Shown: positions 1 through 6,489 of the stretch, one piece after another
Layout: each line of letters opens with the position of its first letter
Numbering within the stretch: position 1 is the first letter of the stretch
Source: Candidatus Krumholzibacteriota bacterium
Lineage (GTDB): Bacteria; Krumholzibacteriota; Krumholzibacteriia; JAJRXK01
Assembly: GCA_963806035.1 (NCBI GenBank)
Contig: CAWDWO010000015.1
Location: 1 to 23,941, forward strand
Direction of reading: 5' to 3'
DNA length: 23,941 bases
Notes under the pieces: model-generated
Seen by the model: only the letters and a program-made list of their open reading frames with translations
Told to the model about the DNA's origin: nothing
The model's database searches: none
Program-made: the position numbers and the translations under genes

Positions 1-176
1 CATTGGAGAGGATTAGCGAGCTTCGGTGTGATATTTCGGGCATTACTTGATGAGAAGTCTCCCAGCTGATTGTGAACTTTCCCCACCTTCGCTCTCAAGC
101 GTTGATGCCATGGGCATCATGGTGTTGGATCAAGGTAGTTCGATTAGGTGCACTTCGTCACTGAGTCATGGCATAC

Positions 177-445
177 CTACTTCAACAAAACCATCCTCTT
201 GGTATCCACGAAATCCCCAGCCCGAAGTTGATACAGGTAGACTCCAGAGGCGACCTGATGTCCCGCGTCATCCAGGCCGTTCCATTGTATCTGGTGCCTA
301 CCCTTCGTAACGGTATCCTTCACCAGCGTCCGTACATGCCGGCCTGCCACGTCGTAGAGTTCCAACTCCACATGGCTTGTTCGAGGAAGTGTTAGGTGAC
401 CATAGTTCGTGGATTGAAGGGGTTTGGTACCGCATCCAACTGGAA
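177..445 (-). pseudogene. Remnant of a FlgD-Ig / T9SS-type C-terminal sorting domain, with a 1-bp frameshift and no N-terminal body
   Basis: Minus-strand frames read FQLDAVPNPFNPRTMVT* and, one base shifted, TLPRTSHVELELYDVAGRHVRTLV...WNGLDDAGHQVASGVYLYQLRAGDFVDTKRMVLLK*. Restoring one base at ~392 (ACC TA[C] ACA) gives the canonical PNPFNP-T-Y-LP...YDV-GR-VRTL...SGVY motif. Confidence 0.8.
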
Positions 446-1080
446 ATCCAATTCGGCCAGTGGTTCCGATTCAGACGAAGATGGGCGGGGTGATGATCGT
501 GGGGGCGTACCCCTCGGCACGATTCGAGAGTCGTCCTTCGAGCAAAAAATCAGGGAGGAGACGACTGATTCCAGTGGCCGACAATCTTCAACCATTTGGG
601 CCCGAGGTGTACTTTGATGGAACGAGGGTGCGCTACCTCCAGTCAGGAGTTGGACTACAGAAATTCATTCTAGATCCTCTCGGCTTGAAATTGGAGGATT
701 GCTGGATCACCGACCTGGTAAAGGTCTTTCTCTACAAGAAGGAACATGTAGCCAGCTGTGCGGATGCAGTGCCAGGGTTTGATGTTCCAGTAAATCGAAC
801 AAAGTTCATGAAGCTAGCCAAGTCGAGCATTTGCTGGATACAACCGGAAGTCAAGCTTTGCGAACCCAAGTATGTCATCACATTGGGAGAAGAGGTGGCG
901 CGAGCAGTCACAGGGTCAAAGGCAAATGCGGACACGCTACTCGGCACCACACCTACACGTCCCGCAAAGCTGCAGAAGATAACGACGTATCACATGCCAC
1001 ATCCTGAAGCCTGTAGTCGGTCCGAGAAATGGGTAAGCCGAGCTGAAGAGATCGTGCAAGCAATTCACAATTCTGAATGA
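424..1080 (+). CDS. Uracil-DNA glycosylase superfamily protein (start uncertain: TTG 424 or ATG 481; possibly 5'-truncated)
   Basis: Motifs VMIVGAYP (motif A position), CWITDLVK, EVKLCEPKYVITLGEEVA and MPHP (motif B) in UDG-fold order. Confidence 0.75.
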   Translation: MVPHPTGNPIRPVVPIQTKMGGVMIVGAYPSARFESRPSSKKSGRRRLIPVADNLQPFGPEVYFDGTRVRYLQSGVGLQKFILDPLGLKLEDCWITDLVKVFLYKKEHVASCADAVPGFDVPVNRTKFMKLAKSSICWIQPEVKLCEPKYVITLGEEVARAVTGSKANADTLLGTTPTRPAKLQKITTYHMPHPEACSRSEKWVSRAEEIVQAIHNSE

Positions 1081-1270
1081 ATGGTGATCGGAGTAGTTAT
1101 TCGGTTGGGAAGGGCAGTACAATGAGCGCGCCAAGAAAGTGAGCCATTCCGAACAGGTGCTCCCGTAGACGCACCTGGGCCCCTTCTTGCAGAGAATCCT
1201 GGTTGCAGGACCCGATGCGTCCTGGCGGCTGCCACTTATAACTTGCAATCCCCTAAAGAGGTGCATACGC

Positions 1271-1843
1271 ATGCGCAAGTGGTTGCACATTGCCGCAAAC
1301 CATGTTTCTGAAAACGACCGATATCGCCATGCGGCGCTCTATTCCATCCTTCTCGCAGGTCTCTTTCAGACGATCAATCACTGGCCTGCAGATAGCCTGT
1401 ATTTCTGGGCAACGCTTGAACATCCATGGATTTCGGGGTTTCAAACATGGGTCGTTCGAGTGACTCTGTTGCTCAGCATCGCCTTGGGTCTTATCGCGGT
1501 TCTTCAGCGCCCATGGGCAGCCAAGGTGCTGGGTGCAATCGGAGTGGCGTATGCAGCTCGGTCACTCTGGAGCTATGAATACTACATAACGGGACAGACG
1601 CCGATTGCGGATGCCACGAGGTGGGTACTCTACTGGGCATTTGATCTTCCCATGGAGTTCATTCACCGCATTTCCTTTGACAGTTCAACGGTTGCCACCC
1701 CGCTCTACGCACTCTATCTGGCATTGATCTGGTTACTGCTGCGGCCCTTATACTTTCGTCTGGGAGCGCCCATCAAGCGCCTAGAGGGGCGCATCGTTGA
1801 TCGGTGGCCGCATCTGGAAAGGCTGGCGAGGCCATTGCTCTAG
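1271..1843 (+). CDS. Hypothetical integral membrane protein (~190 aa, about 4 hydrophobic segments)
   Basis: ATG at 1271 within ORF 1187-1843; hydrophobic stretches AALYSILLAGLF, VTLLLSIALGLIAVL, VLGAIGVAYAA, PLYALYLALIWLLL. Confidence 0.7.
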   Translation: MRKWLHIAANHVSENDRYRHAALYSILLAGLFQTINHWPADSLYFWATLEHPWISGFQTWVVRVTLLLSIALGLIAVLQRPWAAKVLGAIGVAYAARSLWSYEYYITGQTPIADATRWVLYWAFDLPMEFIHRISFDSSTVATPLYALYLALIWLLLRPLYFRLGAPIKRLEGRIVDRWPHLERLARPLL

Positions 1844-1926
1844 CGTTTGGAGTCGCCCTCGAAAACAACGAAGTGGGCCAGTTTACTCTCCTGCCTCATG
1901 GGACCTCGCCGCTCTCTGGCTAGTAA

Positions 1927-1935
1927 TGCTATACT
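1927..1935 (+). promoter_or_regulatory. Possible extended -10 sigma70 promoter element (TGcTATACT)
   Basis: TGnTATACT about 70 nt upstream of ATG 2003; no clear -35 element. Confidence 0.3.
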
Positions 1936-2002
1936 CCGCCCTCGACCACCGACCGCTTCCTCCCATCGCCACCTGGCGGCAAAGTCCCAGAGGTCTCCGC
2001 CC

Positions 2003-2308
2003 ATGAAGACAGTATTGACCGCTCTCGCACTCCTCTTCCTCACGGCGACCGCTGCTTTCGCCCAGAAGGGATTCGGCGACGATCTGATCGCCCACTTGGC
2101 GGGGGACTGGACTCTGACCGGAACCATCGCCGGGCACGAGGTCACCCACGACATCGAGGCAGCTTGGGTGCTCGGCGGCTACTACCTGCAGATCCATGAG
2201 GTATCCCAAGGCAAGACCCCGGAGGGCGCGCCACAATACGAGGCCATCGACAACGTGCAGGGCGATGAGAGCCGCTCCTTCGCGCGCGTCGTCCTCAAGA
2301 GGAAGTAG
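2003..2308 (+). CDS. Secreted DUF1579-like beta-barrel protein, apparently internally deleted (101 aa)
   Basis: Signal peptide MKTVLTALALLFLTATAAFA; lipocalin-like LAGDWTLTG motif; HDIEAAWVLGGYYLQIHE; C-terminal FARVVLKRK. Shorter than I recall for this family. Confidence 0.6.
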   Translation: MKTVLTALALLFLTATAAFAQKGFGDDLIAHLAGDWTLTGTIAGHEVTHDIEAAWVLGGYYLQIHEVSQGKTPEGAPQYEAIDNVQGDESRSFARVVLKRK

Positions 2309-2351
2309 GCAAGAGGGGCCGCCCTCTCGGTTTCCAAGGAACGCATGACCA

Positions 2352-2687
2352 ATGCCCCAACGAGTCTACCTCGATGACCTCCGCCGAGCTCCCCACGGCT
2401 GGATCCAGACCCAGACGGCGGAGGAGACGATTGCCCTTCTGAAGAAGGGGGACGTCGTCGAGCTGAGCCTCGACTACAACCTGGGGCCCGCCACGACGCA
2501 GACCGGCGCGGCGGTTCTCGAGTGGATCGACCGACAGATCGTCGAGAATCCCGAGTGGCAACTACCAAAAGTGATCCAGATCCACTCGAGTCACCACCGG
2601 GGTCGGATATACATGGCCGAGCTGCTGGAGGGGATCCGAGAGCGCTTGAAGGCGGCCGGACGGGAGGCCCCGCGAGCGATGTGGTGA
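2352..2687 (+). CDS. Stand-alone cyclic-phosphate processing receiver (cREC)-domain protein
   Basis: VYLDDLR-P-GW...A-E-IALL--G-V-ELSLDYNLG...TG-AVLEWI...I-IHSS matches the cREC pattern (LDD, SLDHDLG, HS-N); AAGGA upstream. Confidence 0.8.
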   Translation: MPQRVYLDDLRRAPHGWIQTQTAEETIALLKKGDVVELSLDYNLGPATTQTGAAVLEWIDRQIVENPEWQLPKVIQIHSSHHRGRIYMAELLEGIRERLKAAGREAPRAMW

Positions 2688-2804
2688 GTAGGCCTTCACT
2701 AGCATAGAGCTTCCATCCCAGTAGGGTGTACTTCTATGAGCTGCAGTCACAATCCAGCGAATGACGCCGGGTGAGATCAAACAACAACCTCAGATGAGGT
2801 GCGC

Positions 2805-3662
2805 GTGACAAGTCGAAGCCCTGTAGCCCAGCTGCGCCGCCTAGTCTGGTGGAAGATCGTTCGCCATGTTGTCTCTGAATGCGTTCGTAGACGCCCCGAG
2901 AACCAAGGGGGGAACGCCAGGCATGAAGATGGCGGTCCGCGCGAGCATTCCACGCGCGAAGAGCGCATGGGGTGGATCGACCAAGATGGATTTCTCCAAC
3001 CGGTACGAGCATCGGGAAAGCATCTCATGCCAGGGCGGGCCAGATACCTACCGCGCAACCGGAACCGCCTGGAGGTCATTCAGTGCGGTAACCAGCTTGT
3101 GCTCCGCAAGCATTTCGGAATCGTGCCGCCATGGCGAGGTGGTTTCAAGACGTGGTTCTGGGGCCTGCTTGGCCTTTCGTTCTGGACAGAAGCTGAAGCG
3201 ATGCTCCGTCTCGACGGGCTTGCTGTCGTTCCGCGACTGGTAAAGATCAACGTCCTGCGTCGGACGATTACTCGCGAATACATTGTTGGCATGAGTCTAC
3301 GGCATCGAGCGGCTTTGCGCGGAGTCCCCGTCCACGATGTGGATGTCGCGAAGGACCCTGTTCTAAAGAATTTGAATGATGCACAACGCACGCGGCGTGA
3401 AGCGGAACTTCTCGCTCCAATACTCGACGATCGGCTAAAGGCCAAAATCTTCGAAGGAGCAGCATCACTTCTAGAGCGCGGCGTTGCTTTGGGTGATGTC
3501 CATTTGGCCAACGTAGTCGTTTCCGAAGCTTCGGGATGTCCTTATTGGATCGACTTTGAGTTAGTTACCTTCGACTTTGACCCATCATGGAGGAGGGCAT
3601 GTGAACTGTACACCCGTGCTCTAAGGGCGATGTTTCCCGTGCGCACAGGACACATGGCATGA
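2805..3662 (+). CDS. Protein-kinase-like fold enzyme (Kdo/WaaP/RIO-like small-molecule or glycan kinase); start uncertain (2799/2805/2967)
   Basis: VLRK (beta3 Lys), TEAEAMLRL (alphaC Glu), VPRL, REYIVG hinge, catalytic loop LGDVHLANVV, IDFE; GAGG upstream of GTG 2805. Confidence 0.7.
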   Translation: MTSRSPVAQLRRLVWWKIVRHVVSECVRRRPENQGGNARHEDGGPREHSTREERMGWIDQDGFLQPVRASGKHLMPGRARYLPRNRNRLEVIQCGNQLVLRKHFGIVPPWRGGFKTWFWGLLGLSFWTEAEAMLRLDGLAVVPRLVKINVLRRTITREYIVGMSLRHRAALRGVPVHDVDVAKDPVLKNLNDAQRTRREAELLAPILDDRLKAKIFEGAASLLERGVALGDVHLANVVVSEASGCPYWIDFELVTFDFDPSWRRACELYTRALRAMFPVRTGHMA

Positions 3663-4825
3663 ACCCCAAGCCACACGTCTGTCATCTGCTTCATGGTTTG
3701 GCTCTGGGAGGGGTCGAGCGATGCGCTCTTCGACTGGCACTTGGGACACGGCCGAACTTCAAGGCATCCTTTTGCTGCCTGGATTCCGAGGGAGTCCTTG
3801 CAGAGGATGCGAGAAAAGAAGGATTCGCTGTTACTGCGCTGGGTCGATCTCCAGGAGTGGATTGGAGCTGCGTGCGACGTCTTCGAACGTGGCTGCAAGA
3901 GGCTGAGGTCGACCTCATTCACGCGCATACCTGGAGCCCGTTCTTTTACGCAGCCAGCGCGCGCTGGCCCAAAGGACGCATACCCATCCTCTATACGGAG
4001 CATGCCCGACCCCACCCGGATCGCCGCCGGCTGCGGCGCGTGATCTTCAATCGCCTCATGCTCCAGCCTTCGGATCAGGTCACGGCAGTCAGCTCGTGGG
4101 CGGCCAAGCAGGTCGCGAGGAATGAGGGCATCCCGACACGCCGCATTCGTGTGATCTCCAATGGCGTTGAGGAGAATGAAGATAGTGGCCTCGGGAACCA
4201 GCGGGAAGACCTGGGACTGGAGAAAGGGAGACCACTATTGTTGCAGGTAGGCCGACTTGACCCGCTTAAGGATGTCGCCACCTCTCTGCGCGTCATGAAA
4301 CGGCTTCAGGGGGACGTACAGGCGATTCTCGTCCTTATTGGTGAGGGACCAGACAGAGGGCGGCTCGAGACCATGGCACAGAGTCTTCATCTTGAGGACT
4401 CGGTGATGTTCATGGGCGCACGGCGTGACGTTGCAGCCTGGATGAGCGCGGCAGATGTGCTCCTACATACTAGCCTTTCTGAAGCATTGCCTCTGGTTCT
4501 ACTGGAAGCGATGGAGGCGGGGCTTCCCGTGGTTGCCGCTGACGTGGGAGGAGTAAGAGAGTTAGTTATGGATGGTCGAACCGGTCTTCTTGCAGGGGTT
4601 GGAGATGATCTGCAATTGACGAACCATATCCTGAGACTTCTGAGGGATCCACGCCTGGCCGAGTCCATGGGACGAACCGGGCGCGAAAGGGTACGTCGTC
4701 ATTTTCGGGAAGATACGATGGTTCAAAACTATGAGCAAAGCTATTGGTCAATTCTCAGAGGCTCCATGGGGAGGAACGCTAGAGGTGAACAGAAAGCTAA
4801 TGGCAGCCCATCGGCACGGCTATAA
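3659..4825 (+). CDS. Glycosyltransferase family 4 (GT-B, retaining)
   Basis: GGVER N-terminal motif, DLIHAH, YTEH, VISNGV, VGRLDPLKD, EALPLVLLEAMEAGLPVVAADVGGVRE (E-X7-E); ATGA overlap with the kinase stop. Confidence 0.95.
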   Translation: MNPKPHVCHLLHGLALGGVERCALRLALGTRPNFKASFCCLDSEGVLAEDARKEGFAVTALGRSPGVDWSCVRRLRTWLQEAEVDLIHAHTWSPFFYAASARWPKGRIPILYTEHARPHPDRRRLRRVIFNRLMLQPSDQVTAVSSWAAKQVARNEGIPTRRIRVISNGVEENEDSGLGNQREDLGLEKGRPLLLQVGRLDPLKDVATSLRVMKRLQGDVQAILVLIGEGPDRGRLETMAQSLHLEDSVMFMGARRDVAAWMSAADVLLHTSLSEALPLVLLEAMEAGLPVVAADVGGVRELVMDGRTGLLAGVGDDLQLTNHILRLLRDPRLAESMGRTGRERVRRHFREDTMVQNYEQSYWSILRGSMGRNARGEQKANGSPSARL

Positions 4826-5930
4826 TCTCATCAGGAGAACTGCGGGCAAAGTGCTTCGCAACTCCCCCGGTATCAAGGAGTGGTTGGCTCAGACTGGGGT
4901 CTGGGTGGATTTGTTCAAGCATGACATTGCACTGCGCTATCCAGAGATCATTCAGCCACGGCCCTACATGCTCATGGTGGCAGTGACGGGCCGATGCAAC
5001 GCCCGCTGTATCGGTTGCCGTTACGGTAGAGATTTCATGGTCGGTCATCAGCTCGATTGGGCGACCATGGAGGCGCTCCTGGATGACGCAAAGGATGCCG
5101 GTTTCTATACCATTCGCCTTTACGGTGGAGAGCCGCTCCTGCATCCCGACCTTCCGAGAATGGTCAGTGGCTGCCTGGAGCGAGGCATCAAGCCCTTCGT
5201 TACCACCAACGCGATTCTCCTGGATGAACGAAAGATGGCAACTCTCTACGAAGCGGGATTGAGAGATGTGTCTCTGGGACTCTACGGAGTAGGGGAAAGC
5301 TACGATCGGTATGCCTGCCACCCGGGAGCGTTCGAGAGAATCGAGCGGAATATTCGGTCGATACGGGAGCATTACGGTGATGAAATTGAAATCATCGCGA
5401 GTTGGCTTCTGAAGCGTCCCAACTGCAATGTCCAAGCTCTGCGGGAAGCCTGGGAGTTCGCGGTCCGTTACAACATCATCTTGCAGATCGATCTTGTACA
5501 CTATTCGTTGCCGTATTTTACCGAGGGTCCAGAGAAAGTTCTGCAGTTTCGTCCCGAGGATCGTGACTCGATCATCCAGGTCGTCGACGAGCTTCAGATC
5601 CTGAAGGCCAAAGATCCCCACCGCTTGCGCATGTCTGTCGAGGGGATCCGTTCGATTCCGGAATGGCTACTGAAGGGACCGGAGATGAAGATCCCATGCG
5701 TCGCATATGACATGATTTGGATCGGTCCTGATGGGACCGTCCAGTTGTGCTATACGACCTTCAAGCTGGGGAATCTCCACGAAATGCGGTTGAGTGAAAT
5801 CCTCTTTACAGAGAATCATCGGGATGCCGCTCGCAGAGCGTTTCAACTGGATTGTCCGAATTGCCATTGTGGGGCGGAGGCCCGCATTCTGAGACATCGG
5901 CCGAGTCGAACCAGGTTTGCGAGCACGTGA
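4785..5930 (+). CDS. Radical SAM protein with C-terminal SPASM/twitch-type domain (start 4785 GTG or 4800 ATG)
   Basis: CNARCIGC (CX3CX2C), YGGEPLLH, TTNA, C-terminal C-X-(IWIGPDGTVQLC)-KLGNL...CPNCHC. Confidence 0.92.
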   Translation: MNRKLMAAHRHGYNLIRRTAGKVLRNSPGIKEWLAQTGVWVDLFKHDIALRYPEIIQPRPYMLMVAVTGRCNARCIGCRYGRDFMVGHQLDWATMEALLDDAKDAGFYTIRLYGGEPLLHPDLPRMVSGCLERGIKPFVTTNAILLDERKMATLYEAGLRDVSLGLYGVGESYDRYACHPGAFERIERNIRSIREHYGDEIEIIASWLLKRPNCNVQALREAWEFAVRYNIILQIDLVHYSLPYFTEGPEKVLQFRPEDRDSIIQVVDELQILKAKDPHRLRMSVEGIRSIPEWLLKGPEMKIPCVAYDMIWIGPDGTVQLCYTTFKLGNLHEMRLSEILFTENHRDAARRAFQLDCPNCHCGAEARILRHRPSRTRFAST

Positions 5931-5951
5931 CGCGCCCGCGACCAGGAGCCC

Positions 5952-5976
5952 AGCGCCGCCTCGATCTTGCGGCGCT
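5952..5976. terminator. GC-rich hairpin between convergent genes, possible bidirectional terminator
   Basis: AGCGCCGC-N9-GCGGCGCT between the radical SAM stop (5930) and the minus-strand stop at 5977. Confidence 0.5.
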
Positions 5977-6258
5977 TTAGGGCCGCGGCATCGGCCGGCC
6001 GATGGCGGCCGCGAGTTCCTCCCAGGCTCGGTCGAATTCGCCCGTCACCAGATCCCCGTCTTCTCTGGGGTCGGCCTGGAGGGCCTCGAACTCAGTTTGT
6101 GCCGTGATCAGCATGACTCTCAGTTCGTCCACGTGCAGGACCGCCGCGAATCTGGGCTCGCGGCCGGGGGTCAAGAGCCGGGCCTCTCGCCTCTTGATCT
6201 CCTCGCCCCATACGGCGAGCTGGGCCTCGGTTTTGTGCACTGTCGCATCATCCAGCAT
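5977..6258 (-). CDS. Small coiled-coil protein resembling the sll1863-like stress-protein family
   Basis: K-EAQL--W---I......DEL......AQ--FEAL......GEFDRAWEELAAA pattern; GGAG upstream; its own sigma54-type promoter. Confidence 0.65.
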   Translation of the reverse strand: MLDDATVHKTEAQLAVWGEEIKRREARLLTPGREPRFAAVLHVDELRVMLITAQTEFEALQADPREDGDLVTGEFDRAWEELAAAIGRPMPRP

Positions 6259-6380
6259 TGTCTCATCTCCGGAGTCGTGACTGTCCCACCGCCCTCACGA
6301 CCCAGTTCCCCAGCGCAGACGGGAACGAAGCCCTTTGGTGAATTCTCCGATCGGCGGCATCCAGAGGCACGATCGGGCCG

Positions 6381-6396
6381 TGCTACATTCATGCCA
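6381..6396 (-). promoter_or_regulatory. Sigma54 (-24/-12) promoter
   Basis: Minus strand TGGCATGAATGTAGCA: GG-N10-GC with TGGCA, upstream of the gene at 6258. Confidence 0.7.
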
Positions 6397-6449
6397 GCTG
6401 TAAGATCGTTTCATGGCAACGCTTTAGCTAGAAGGCGGGCCGGACGACC

Positions 6450-6484
6450 CGATCACATCGAAGGGCCGTCGATCATTGTGAGGG
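6450..6484. promoter_or_regulatory. Paired candidate enhancer (UAS) sites
   Basis: CGATCA-cat-CGAAGG (6450) and CGATCA-ttg-TGAGGG (6470), 20 bp apart; the same motif occurs at the other three promoters. Confidence 0.55.
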
Positions 6485-6489
6485 ATGCC

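Noticed and set aside
1..176. Possible gene end or start at the left edge
   Set aside because: Only short frames without motifs; cannot be supported.
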